64,000 bases of DNA, from assembly GCA_964651225.1 (NCBI GenBank), contig CAZYYD010000004.1, forward strand, positions 8,932-72,931. Direction: 5' to 3'. The notes under the pieces were generated by a model. It had not been told where the DNA came from. It was given only the letters and a program-made list of their open reading frames with translations, and did not search any database. Positions 22,170-32,058 of this stretch are shown in pieces; position 1 is the first letter of the stretch, and each line of letters starts with the position of its first letter. Origin of the DNA: an uncultured Ignavibacteriaceae bacterium. GTDB lineage: Bacteria; Bacteroidota; Ignavibacteria; UBA10030. The translations under genes and the position numbers were made by a program.

Positions 22170-22400
22170 TTATTTATCCCCTGTAAGTCTTTTCCATTTT
22201 TCCTCGAGAGATTCTTTGGAGTGCATCGGATAGGACTTCGCATACAGTTCTTGAAGCTTTGCCATCGTCAGAACATCGAGATCCTCATCGTCACGGTCCC
22301 GCTTTGCCATCATCTCGAAAGCCCGCCGATCATCCGGCTTCATTTTCATAACAACCTGCTTCAAGCGCTGAACCATTTTGTGCTGCGCAACCGATGTCAT
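22170..22400 (-). CDS. small hypothetical protein
   Basis: The call rests on the ORF and its tight spacing to the AKR gene only. Confidence 0.35.
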   Translation of the reverse strand: MTSVAQHKMVQRLKQVVMKMKPDDRRAFEMMAKRDRDDEDLDVLTMAKLQELYAKSYPMHSKESLEEKWKRLTGDK

Positions 22401-22547
22401 GAAACTTGTTCTCCTGCAATGGTGTGTTTATGTCGACTCGTAATAAAAGTCCTCCGCCGCCCAGCAGGATGATCATGAAGGATTTTACAATGCTTTTCAT
22501 AACCTGCTTCAAAGTCTCTTTTTCTTGATGGGGTCATTCCGTGCGAA

Positions 22548-23063
22548 TCATTTTCCCGCCCACCTTCTCAGGTAAGCGAAAACCTTTTTCTTGTCATGGC
22601 CTTTGACCGGATAACCCTCGGGATATTCGAGTTCCCCTGTGTCTTGTGAATGCAACAGTTTCCCATTTCCCTCCAATATAAAAAGATGCGGATATCCCGC
22701 CACTTTCGGATATTATAAGAGAAATTCTTTATTCTCGTTCTCCTTGCTGACGTTGATCTTCACGACAACATAATACTTGTTAAGGTATTCTTCAAGGTCT
22801 TTATTTTGGATAAAGAGGCTGTCAAGCCAGTGACACCAGATGCACCATTCTCCGCCGACATCAAGGAGTATTCGCTTGTGAGATTCTTGGGCAAGGTGTA
22901 TTGCAATTTGAATATCCTTTGATGCATCACGGGTGGGATCAAACTTTACAGTGCGGTCTATTGTGTGAGATGTATCCTTGAGGAGAGAACATGTATTAGA
23001 ACCAGAGACCATCGTTGAACTTCCCCCTAAAAAAAGTAATCCTACCACGATAAGATATTTCAT
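22548..23063 (-). pseudogene. thioredoxin-fold protein interrupted by an in-frame TAA
   Basis: It has a signal peptide, a CxxC motif (GGEWCIWCHWLD), and KEFLL-TAA(22715-22713)-YPKVAGYPHLFILEGNGKLL… continuing in the same frame to the TGA at 22550-22548. Confidence 0.6.
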
Positions 23064-23541
23064 ACCGAACACTCCAATAGTTTCATACCACAATTAGTAC
23101 TTTTACTAAATCAACGTACAAAAAGTCGACTTTCATATCAACGTATTAGAGATGAATATTCCAAAATTATTATTTGTCGTTCCATCATTCGAACTCCCGG
23201 GAAGTAACATAAGAGTGAAGGATTTGAGCTTGAATATTACAGAGAGAAGAGATATGAGGTTTTTATGCTCCGGTCATTCACAATAGATCCTATAATATTT
23301 AACTGGAATTCTATATAATATTACCTTGATATATTTGAATCTTTAGAATCTCCCAATTCCCCGCCTCGATTGCTCTTATTCCTCTCTTTTCTTGTTATTC
23401 ATAAAATATCCTACTATTATTGCTGCATAAGTACAATATGAATTCTAGACAGGAGGGGACTCATTCATGTGAATGAATTTCTTTTTATATGAAGAGCTAT
23501 GGAAGTAATCTATTCATATCAATAATTATTTCAAAGAATCA

Positions 23542-25437
23542 ATGAATCGATTTATCTTTCTTTTCTTGTTTGGTTTTCCGGGCATGCTTTTTGCACAGAC
23601 ATTTGAATCATTCCAAGCAGTCGTAAAGACTACTAATCCTCAACGCGTGCAACGAGAGAAAAAAGCAAGAGTTCTTGTTGAGCATGACATGAATAATGAA
23701 ATAAACCTAAATCATAGCTCCTTTCCACAATCAAGAAATTCAAATATTGCACATACAACTGTTTCTCCTTCTGAAGGATTCATACTTGGAACTACGGATT
23801 ATGACTACGGATGGAACAGCGGATCACGCCGTACTATCGTAGTCAACGATGCAGGAACAAATGTTCACATGGTATGGATGGAACGAAATCTATCATTGAT
23901 TCCTCCTAGGAATAAATGCACAATGAAATATGGTTACTACGATTGGTCCCTTGGAACGGTTATTACGGGATATCCAGAACAGAATTTTATCTCAGCTTCC
24001 GGTGTGGGCAATGTTGATGTATTTTGGGGTGGTGATGCAGATAATGTTGCAGCATTGTGCGGAGGTCCACCAATCTGGTTTGCCATCGATAGTAGCTCGG
24101 GTGCTGCACATTTCATTAAAACTAACGTTGGAGCAGCAGATGAGTCAACAGGTCCAGCAATTACGATTGATAATTCAAACGCTGGAACAATTTATTTGAC
24201 CTATGATGACGCAAACAGGTTAAATATTTGCATCAAGAAGAGCACAGATTACGGCTCATCATGGACTGATCCCAGCGAATCGATGATTATTACTCCGCCA
24301 TTTGTTATGGGTAATATTGATAATGAAATTCAGGTTGCTCCGAATGGAAATCTCATTATTGTAACGTGCCTCACCGGTTTTGGCGCCGTCGTGCCAGTGG
24401 GTTCGGTTCATCCCGATAGCGCAGATTGTATTGGCTACTACACCTCAACAGATGGGGGTGCTCACTGGACATGGACAACCTTAGGACATGATGGTGATAA
24501 AATTGTCATCGATAGCGATACCCTCTATATTTTCTTTGAGAATTTCGGTTCACTCGACGCACTTGTCGATCACAACAACTGTCTCCACATCGCAGTTGGA
24601 ATGTATGCTGTAAAACTGATCAACGAATCCACAACGGCAAATTACTTCGGGACTCTGTACTGGAAGACCGGTCAAACTGGCTGGAGGCTTATTTCCCGTC
24701 CGGAAGATATGCATATTGCAGATTTCGATAGCTCATACTATCGCTATTCCGGTAATGCTTGTGGACACCAATATCCAACGCTTGCAGCAGATCCCAATAG
24801 TAATTGTGTGTTTGTCATATGGTCACAAACACGTATTACTCATGGAAAGCTTGATGTGGCATATAATGGAATTTCACACTATGATCTCTGGTATAATTTT
24901 TCCATTAATGGCGGTACGAGTTGGTCGACTGCGCAAAAATTGGCGAACAGTGATGGCGGGTTATTTGTCTCTGCTGCTCCAAAATTGACTGTCATCGATG
25001 GAAGCACCTATAGGGCGCATTGCATTTATATTGCTGATACCACGGCTGGCTGCGCCGTAGATGGTGAAAGTGCCGCAACGCAAGTACCGGTCGTCTATCG
25101 AACAATTGATTTCTTCCATGAAGGACCTATAGTTGATTCATCCCCCAGGGATGAGGAACATTCAGGATTACCAAAATATTATAACCTTTTGCAGAATTAT
25201 CCCAATCCATTCAACCCGACAACAGTGATCAATTATGACCTACCAGTAACAAGTTTGGTAAGACTTGTTGTCTACGACCTGCTCGGACGCGAGGTAACAA
25301 CATTGGTGAATGAAAAGAAGCATGCGGGGATGTATTCGGTGCAGTGGGATGCCTCACGAATGGCGAGCGGTATTTATTTCTATCGCCTCAATACTGGTTC
25401 GTTCTCAGCTACCAAGAAACTGATCTTGATGCATTGA
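23542..25437 (+). CDS. secreted BNR/Asp-box repeat protein with T9SS C-terminal sorting domain
   Basis: It has a signal peptide and several SxDxGxTW-like boxes (STDYGSSWT, STDGGAHWT, INGGTSWS). The C-terminus NYPNPFNPTTVINYDLP…GIYFYRL is typical of Por/T9SS tails. Confidence 0.75.
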   Translation: MNRFIFLFLFGFPGMLFAQTFESFQAVVKTTNPQRVQREKKARVLVEHDMNNEINLNHSSFPQSRNSNIAHTTVSPSEGFILGTTDYDYGWNSGSRRTIVVNDAGTNVHMVWMERNLSLIPPRNKCTMKYGYYDWSLGTVITGYPEQNFISASGVGNVDVFWGGDADNVAALCGGPPIWFAIDSSSGAAHFIKTNVGAADESTGPAITIDNSNAGTIYLTYDDANRLNICIKKSTDYGSSWTDPSESMIITPPFVMGNIDNEIQVAPNGNLIIVTCLTGFGAVVPVGSVHPDSADCIGYYTSTDGGAHWTWTTLGHDGDKIVIDSDTLYIFFENFGSLDALVDHNNCLHIAVGMYAVKLINESTTANYFGTLYWKTGQTGWRLISRPEDMHIADFDSSYYRYSGNACGHQYPTLAADPNSNCVFVIWSQTRITHGKLDVAYNGISHYDLWYNFSINGGTSWSTAQKLANSDGGLFVSAAPKLTVIDGSTYRAHCIYIADTTAGCAVDGESAATQVPVVYRTIDFFHEGPIVDSSPRDEEHSGLPKYYNLLQNYPNPFNPTTVINYDLPVTSLVRLVVYDLLGREVTTLVNEKKHAGMYSVQWDASRMASGIYFYRLNTGSFSATKKLILMH

Positions 25438-25557
25438 TACGCGGGAGGAAAAGCGAAACAACGAAATGGGAATTTTTCTTTGTCGGGTTAGGTTCATCCT
25501 CATTGATTTTGTTGATTCAAAGAATACAGGTAAGTGCCCTGAATGATCAAGGTCTTT

Positions 25558-25580
25558 TGGTGCCGAGGGCGGGACTCAAA
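25558..25580 (-). other. isolated tRNA 3'-end-like fragment (possible att site)
   Basis: The minus strand reads TTTGAGT-CCCGC-CCTCGGC-A-CCA, which is T-loop, T-stem 3' arm, acceptor 3' arm, discriminator and CCA. No matching 5' half follows. Confidence 0.35.
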
Positions 25581-25770
25581 GGGTGAAATTTCTTCTAAAG
25601 CATTTTCGTTAGATATAAAGGAAATCAGAGAGTTTAATGGTTTTTTTGTATCCTCGACTTCCCTCAATATCCCCCTATATCCCGCGTCTGATAAACATTT
25701 TGGACACTATTTGGACACTTCTAACCACTTGTTATGGTCTTCAACAAAATAATCTTTTGTCTGTTAACTG

Positions 25771-26487
25771 TCAACTTCTACGCCTCAATCGTGCAGGCCT
25801 CTTTCCAATGCTCCTCTCTTCACGCGCTTGCAGAAGTTGCTTCTTACTGTAAACGACCTTTCGTCCTACCTTTTGAAATGGAATTTTTTGTTCACTTGTC
25901 CAATTCCGAATTGTTTTTTCAGAGACACCTAATAGATCTGCGGCTTCGGCTGCATTGAGATTATCTCTCTTAGAATTGGAGACCTCTGAGATTGACACAA
26001 AATCTGGTCGAATCATTGCTCGACGCACAAAATATTGTCTCCATTGCAAATCTTCCGGGGCTTCTTTCAGTTTTTTTAAAATTCCTTCATCGTCTGGCAT
26101 CATCTTCATAGAAGCGGTAATTGCCTCCAGCCGAGTGGGATTGTAGAATGTGTAGATGAGACTTTCTTCGTCAAAATATATGTCAACAATTACATCATTA
26201 GGATCGACAATAATTTTAGCAAGTCGATGCAACGGTCTCAGTCGAATTATTAATGCTCCTTTATGGCCAACATCTGCCATTATTTTGACATCGCCTAGCT
26301 TATTGAACATTGGTTCTTCAATAATCCGGGATGTTTTAATCTCAGATTGATCCGGGACTAGCGTTTTTGCTTCTCCAGCCATATACGGAGTATCGAACGC
26401 TTCATCAGCATCATAAACGACAATTCCATAATGACCACCTTCATCGTAATAGACAATTACTTTTTTCAGTTTAATTTGTGTCGGCAT
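25771..26487 (-). CDS. DNA-binding protein with C-terminal excisionase/MerR-type HTH and an uncharacterised N-terminal domain
   Basis: The C-terminus is LNAAEAADLLGVSEKTIRNWTSEQKIPFQKVGRKVVYSKKQL. The ATG at 26487 (MPTQIKL…) is preferred, and the gene lies 145 nt downstream of the large fusion gene on that start (55 nt from the longest ORF start at 26577). Confidence 0.6.
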   Translation of the reverse strand: MPTQIKLKKVIVYYDEGGHYGIVVYDADEAFDTPYMAGEAKTLVPDQSEIKTSRIIEEPMFNKLGDVKIMADVGHKGALIIRLRPLHRLAKIIVDPNDVIVDIYFDEESLIYTFYNPTRLEAITASMKMMPDDEGILKKLKEAPEDLQWRQYFVRRAMIRPDFVSISEVSNSKRDNLNAAEAADLLGVSEKTIRNWTSEQKIPFQKVGRKVVYSKKQLLQAREERSIGKRPARLRRRS

Positions 26488-26632
26488 ATTTCCGCCCCTG
26501 TCCTTGCGTTTGCGAATCTTCAAATAATATCGCACACAATTCAAGTGTAAGACGTAAGGCACAACAACACCCTGCAAATATAGGGGATAATGCGACCCTT
26601 ACACCTTACACACGAATTCAGCATCTCATTCT

Positions 26633-29600
26633 TTACGCTTTTTTACTTCCCTTACTTCTCATAAAGCTTGGCCTGATTTTCGCTTTTTTTCGTGGTTCCA
26701 CTTGCTTTTTCCCGTCAGATTGCTGGGGAGCACTTATCAAACCGAATAGCTTCAATTGATCGTTGTTCAGAAGATAGCAGCGAACTGTTTCCCGTTCTTT
26801 TGCTATGTATTTCCCCTTTACACCTATCTTATATTTTTCCTTCAAAAGTTTTGAGAGTTTCGTTTTTTCAGCATCTCTGTTTTTCGAAACGGTAATTCCC
26901 TTTCCCGATACATACCGGTCAAATACGTCTTCCGTGTTGTACCAGCGCGCTTCCAAGGAAATAATAGCAGGAGTGAGTTGTTGAAATATGCTTTTAACCA
27001 ATTCAAGTGATTTGTCATCAGCGGTGGTCTCAGATTCTGATCTCGCTGCCAAGGTAATTAAAAACCCCACTTTCTTCTCAATGAATCTGAACGCATAATC
27101 CACCATTTCTTTTGTCACTTCATCGGTTGCGTACGCTGTTGTTATCGCCCTCAGATATTTATCGATAGACCGTGACAGCCTTGTATGCATATCGCTAAGG
27201 TCAATCGTTGATCCATACTTATCGATAATATCATCCATTAGTCTATCGTATCTCTCAACACGATATTTATCAATCCCCGGTGCATATTCCATATCCCTGT
27301 AATTGGATCGCAGGAAGGCAATGATCGTCTTCAATTCATTCTTCCATTGTTTTCCCTTTAGAGCAGAGTGCTCACCTCGCGCGATTGTTTTTGCTAATTC
27401 TTTTTGTCGTTGTTCATCTTTTGGGATGTCTAGAATAAAATCGAATCGGGAAATAATATGTATAGGGATGTTGATATCAGAGAATTGCGAGTATTTCCCT
27501 TTTTTATCAATTTGACTATACCGATTTTGGTCCAGATGGATAGAGGTTTGTGCAATATGTGTCCTCCTAGCAGAAGTGCTGTCGACCACCTCTCCATCTT
27601 CCATTACTTTTGAAAATATTCCGAATATTTCTTCTCTGGATCTCCCTCGTATTTCGTGGAAGTCCTGGATGCATACGCATCCCATAGAATTCCTTGGGAG
27701 CAATCCATTTTCAGAACTGCTCTTTCCCCCCATGGATACAACTGAGCCAATCAATCCGGCAGCTGTAATTTTCTTATTGCTCGCAGAAATCTCTTCAGAC
27801 AGAGGATTCAATATTAGTGCCGCTTTTGTTAAATATGATTTTCCTACACCTGGAGGTCCTACAACGAGAGAATGAAGTTTATGAGAATAAGTTTCTTTGC
27901 CTTGTGAAAGAGATTGCAGAATCATAAATTCCAGCGCAAGGTCAAGGTGGGGCAACTTAGTCAGGTCCTTTATGCCAAGACCTGTAACAAGCTGTTGTTT
28001 TACATATTCGATGATTCTATTTGTTCCCCTGTAATCATGAAACTTTATAGCTGGATGGTCTGTGTAATCTTTTATCGGTTCTTTCGTAATAACATCTTCT
28101 GGGTCGACCTCAGTTGAGATATATCGAAGATACATTCTGTAGGCAGATTTATTTTTTAAAGAAACAGAGACTATTGCGCCATAGAGTGTGAGCAGTTGTT
28201 GTGTTTGAACAAATGTCCCTATATCAACGAATGAATCTTCAAGTGGGAAAGGAATGCACGGTACCGGTTCGCCATCGAGATCCTTCAGCTTTAGCTTCAC
28301 CGCAGTCCATTCCTTCGGGTCATCATTTCCTTGAGCATCAAGCCTGATAGGATAATAATGACCTACCTGCTGAAGCGTGCCAACAATTTTAACTGGAGCC
28401 CACACCTTTCGTGTTTTCAATATCTCTTGAATACGAGTGCCGGCTTCTTCTTTCCAATGATTATATTCATGCACTTTAATCTTTTTGCCGTCGCTTGTTT
28501 CATACTCATCTTCTATCATCGCCTCAATAGATTTTTCCGTAATCTCAAACTTTTGCTCGTCGATTCCTTCGTCATTATCTGAGAAAGATTGCCGGGCGAT
28601 TCTGAATGCTAATGAGAATGATTCTCCTGATGCCATTTTCTTTTCACTTTCTTTGTTCTCTGCTGTTTCAATCGTTGTTGGAGCAGCAGGGTGAGGATTT
28701 CCGGTATATTGATAAACTGCATCGCCAATCTTACCAACAGGATCCATACCAAGTTTCTCCCAGACCTCAGGATTTTCTGACCCTAGAGTAAAAGGAGCGG
28801 CGGTATATATTTTGAATGTGTCGCGTATCTTTGAATAAATATGGACACGGAAATCAACTGGATATCTCAAACGCTTATCTTCGGGGACGGGATCTTGAAG
28901 ATTTTGTGATGCATCAAACAAAGATGTTTTAGGAAAATGCATTTGAATCGCACTTCTCAACTGTGGCGTATATCGAGCAGAACCGACTATGATGGTGTGA
29001 ATTTTTGTTGGATCAAGCTGTTTCATTGCATACTCTATCATCTTTACATAGTCCTCTTCAAACCCTTCATAAGTGATGATGGGTTCGATTACGAGACTAA
29101 GAGCTATTCCCTTTGCCTGTTGAATTCTTCGGGCCGCATCTATCCGCTCTTGCAAGCTTGAAGTGCCTTGCTCATACGCTTTTATGATGTGCTCGGTATT
29201 TAAACCCATATTTATTCGAATGCGTCCAAAGCCGTCGTATTTTATCATCTCATCTACATAGGCGGACTTTGTTCTTGCTGTCATGCGTAACTTAGGATAT
29301 TTCTCCAGCATCTTCATCATAAAACTTATGTTGCCTGTCAGATGATCAATAGCAAAGATATCGGCATATTCTGAACTGGTTAACACCAAAGGATATTCTT
29401 TATTTTTATCATAATACTGTTTTATAATCTCCCTGGATAAGTTAAAGGCATCTTTAGGAACATTAACCGCTTTCAAGTCTTCATATATCTTGGCCTGCTT
29501 TCCATAAATATAGTCTATGGACGCTCTGTCAGAAACTATTCGATGCTTTACAAAGTATTCTCGAATCCCATCTGCAACTTCCACAAAATTATCTGGGAGT

Positions 29601-30055
29601 TTCATCAACGGAGATTTTATCCCAAATGAATACATCGTCCAGACTGTGAGAATAGCCCAATGTGAGTAGCTGGAAGAGGCAAGTTCTTTCTCCAAAACAT
29701 TCCGGTCCGTATAAATATAATGCTCGGAACATTTTACAAATTGAAGATAACAATATTCACAATTGGCACAGCACGCATTTGTTAAATTACACACTATTGT
29801 AAGTCTCTCAACGATGTTTCCCGGAGAGGAGAACGTCCTAATAAAAGGCACCGTTCTTTCTGATATGATGACTGATTCCTTCATCAAATAGAACTTGTCC
29901 CTTGGAGCCATTCCTTCGGGATAGTCAAATCCACTCTCAGGAAGATTTATTAATTCGGCTTTTGGTGCGTGTGTATGGATTCGAGCGAGGATTTCTTTCG
30001 CCCTTTTGCTGTGCTTTGATTTGGGATGGATGTAGGCACGTTTGGGAATGAACAT
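26633..30055 (-). CDS. fusion protein: spore-photoproduct-lyase-like radical SAM domain + MCM-type AAA+ ATPase
   Basis: N-terminal half: CxxxCxxC in NACCANCEYCYLQF, where the SPL family has C…C.YCYLQ. C-terminal half, in MCM order: VVGPPGVGKSYL (Walker A), ITAAGLIGSVV, GCVCIQDFHEI (Walker B-like), VMEDGEVV and ISRFDFILDIP. Confidence 0.8.
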   Translation of the reverse strand: MFIPKRAYIHPKSKHSKRAKEILARIHTHAPKAELINLPESGFDYPEGMAPRDKFYLMKESVIISERTVPFIRTFSSPGNIVERLTIVCNLTNACCANCEYCYLQFVKCSEHYIYTDRNVLEKELASSSYSHWAILTVWTMYSFGIKSPLMKLPDNFVEVADGIREYFVKHRIVSDRASIDYIYGKQAKIYEDLKAVNVPKDAFNLSREIIKQYYDKNKEYPLVLTSSEYADIFAIDHLTGNISFMMKMLEKYPKLRMTARTKSAYVDEMIKYDGFGRIRINMGLNTEHIIKAYEQGTSSLQERIDAARRIQQAKGIALSLVIEPIITYEGFEEDYVKMIEYAMKQLDPTKIHTIIVGSARYTPQLRSAIQMHFPKTSLFDASQNLQDPVPEDKRLRYPVDFRVHIYSKIRDTFKIYTAAPFTLGSENPEVWEKLGMDPVGKIGDAVYQYTGNPHPAAPTTIETAENKESEKKMASGESFSLAFRIARQSFSDNDEGIDEQKFEITEKSIEAMIEDEYETSDGKKIKVHEYNHWKEEAGTRIQEILKTRKVWAPVKIVGTLQQVGHYYPIRLDAQGNDDPKEWTAVKLKLKDLDGEPVPCIPFPLEDSFVDIGTFVQTQQLLTLYGAIVSVSLKNKSAYRMYLRYISTEVDPEDVITKEPIKDYTDHPAIKFHDYRGTNRIIEYVKQQLVTGLGIKDLTKLPHLDLALEFMILQSLSQGKETYSHKLHSLVVGPPGVGKSYLTKAALILNPLSEEISASNKKITAAGLIGSVVSMGGKSSSENGLLPRNSMGCVCIQDFHEIRGRSREEIFGIFSKVMEDGEVVDSTSARRTHIAQTSIHLDQNRYSQIDKKGKYSQFSDINIPIHIISRFDFILDIPKDEQRQKELAKTIARGEHSALKGKQWKNELKTIIAFLRSNYRDMEYAPGIDKYRVERYDRLMDDIIDKYGSTIDLSDMHTRLSRSIDKYLRAITTAYATDEVTKEMVDYAFRFIEKKVGFLITLAARSESETTADDKSLELVKSIFQQLTPAIISLEARWYNTEDVFDRYVSGKGITVSKNRDAEKTKLSKLLKEKYKIGVKGKYIAKERETVRCYLLNNDQLKLFGLISAPQQSDGKKQVEPRKKAKIRPSFMRSKGSKKA

Positions 30056-30712
30056 AGCTATCGATGATTTTGTTTAGCGTGCATTTATTGCTCTGTTGCG
30101 ATATTATCTTACTTCAGACCGTTACTCTACCCACCACACCGGTCCAACAGATCATCCTGGCATTCGATTTCGCATCAGAGTGCGATCTGAAACAAAACGC
30201 CTCTCTGACATCCTTCGACCAAGCCGGTAGAGCCGGCAGGAAGAACAGGAACCTGCTCAGGTATTCGCCTGTGTCGGTGCTGTAGATGATGGTATATGAG
30301 GTAGGGAGGCGCATCGGCTCAATACTTCCTCGCTTCTTTCTCCTGAAACTCTTTCAACAACGACCAAATTGAATGATACAGGTCCAGCTTCTTCGGCTGC
30401 TCTGGGTCCTTTTTTACCTTGCTTTTGAAATCGGAATAGTCGATTCCATCTATCAAAGAGGTCAGCAAATAGTCAATCTGTTTCCGATTTAGATGCACTC
30501 TGAACCGATAGTCTGCCGTTTTGTTCTCACTCTTACGATACAGACACCTTTTTTATCCCGATGTGCGCCGACTGAATAGAATCCTATTGTAGTTGCGAGC
30601 CACATAGTTTTGATCCTTTAGCACATCCCCGTAAAAATGATGACGTGGGTAGCATTATCTTTTTCATTTGATTGTGATTAACTTTCCCAATGTTTCTGAA
30701 GAAGATATACAT

Positions 30713-31753
30713 TTATTGATTTTCAAAATGTTTCCGCAAATCCCTCACATTCATAGCTACATCTACACCCAAGCCCATAGCTTCCATAAGGAGTCCAAGG
30801 ACCCAAACCGAAATAATAAACAGAATAAGAGCTGATAATAACCCAAACAAAAAATTTCCCCAATGATAACTCGCGCTCGGTCGTAGGTATTCCAATTGCG
30901 CTTTTGAATTTTGAAGCTCAGCGGTCAAACTATTCGATTGAATTTTCAGGCTACTATAAGCAGGAAAAATGGTGTTTTTATAGTCTTCTTCAGAATATCT
31001 CTGGTTTTCCAATTCTATCATCTTAATGATATACCAATCGTCGATATATCGAGAGAATTTATTCTTTTGTTGATTATTCACAGAAGCGCTGGAGAGGAAA
31101 TTTTGCGCGTCACTTTTTACCCGCTCAATATTATCTTTCGTAAAATAATACATACGTTGTGTAAGCAGCCTGTTCACTCTTTCAAGAAAATTATCACCAA
31201 TGTATTGAATCTCTATCGTTTTCTTCTCATTCTCTGCTTTGATAACATCTTTTCCTCTACGCGCTTTATACATTTTGATATATTCATCTTTCTTAACCGT
31301 CCAGAGATTTTCTATCCGATCAACTCGTGGAGAAACGAGTGCCAACGCTTCATCGCAGGTATCAATTCTTGTTTCTAATTCTTTGATTTGATCCCGGAGT
31401 GCTTTAGGAGGCACAAAAACATCCCAAGAGATAATAAGACCACTTGCAAGAATCGCCAATGAGACAACAACAACGATAGCCTCGGTGAAAATCATAAATC
31501 GATTGAGAAGATATTGCTTCCCATCTGTCTCCGCAATTTCCTTCTTTTGTGCAAAATCTGCCAAACTTAAAAGTCGTTGTTGAATGTATAGGAATGGACA
31601 ATATATCAACGATCCTATCGATTTTATTATACCGAAGAGAGCCCACCCAATTTTCTTGCGAGCGAATAATGTCCCTAGAATGATCAAAAGGACAAAGAAG
31701 ACAATGGTGAGTGTAAGAAGATGCCCTGTAATAACTCCTAGAATTTGTTCCAT
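30713..31753 (-). CDS. membrane protein with central coiled-coil
   Basis: It has N-terminal TM helices, a long charged helical region and a C-terminal TM helix. No recognisable motif was found. Confidence 0.5.
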   Translation of the reverse strand: MEQILGVITGHLLTLTIVFFVLLIILGTLFARKKIGWALFGIIKSIGSLIYCPFLYIQQRLLSLADFAQKKEIAETDGKQYLLNRFMIFTEAIVVVVSLAILASGLIISWDVFVPPKALRDQIKELETRIDTCDEALALVSPRVDRIENLWTVKKDEYIKMYKARRGKDVIKAENEKKTIEIQYIGDNFLERVNRLLTQRMYYFTKDNIERVKSDAQNFLSSASVNNQQKNKFSRYIDDWYIIKMIELENQRYSEEDYKNTIFPAYSSLKIQSNSLTAELQNSKAQLEYLRPSASYHWGNFLFGLLSALILFIISVWVLGLLMEAMGLGVDVAMNVRDLRKHFENQ

Positions 31754-32058
31754 CGTGAAGACTCCTTTCCTCTTCGTGATGTTTTCTCATTCTGAGTCTA
31801 AATGACTCTTCTCTGCTTTTTACTTTTCACTTATATGATACTGTTGCCTTTTATTCTGTCATCTTTATATTAACTAAAGGATTGTATGGTGTATTCGTCA
31901 AGTCTTTAACCGTCTCCCTATCTTTTCCGCAAACTTCTTTTGCCCACAATCCTACGCACCTTCAACTCATTATCCACCAAGAGCAAACTCGCCCGTGTCA
32001 CTGCGGAAGATGATGGTGTGGATTGTGGGGATAGGCATTTGTATTATGCAAAGAAAAA

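Noticed and set aside
22330-22512. A 60-aa ORF with a hydrophobic N-terminus that overlaps the start of 22170..22400.
   Set aside because: It overlaps another ORF in a different frame and has no motif or SD support, so the two cannot be distinguished by eye.
30310-30700. A minus-strand open frame without a start codon (…LYRKSENKTADYRFRVHLNRKQIDYLLTSLIDGIDYSDFKSKVKKDPEQPKKLDLYHSIWSLLKEFQEKEARKY), considered as a possible remnant gene upstream of the radical-SAM-MCM gene.
   Set aside because: There is no ATG, GTG or TTG start in frame after the preceding stop. The neighbouring frames break within a few codons, and I cannot identify a diagnostic motif. It is probably a decayed fragment, and there is not enough support to annotate it.
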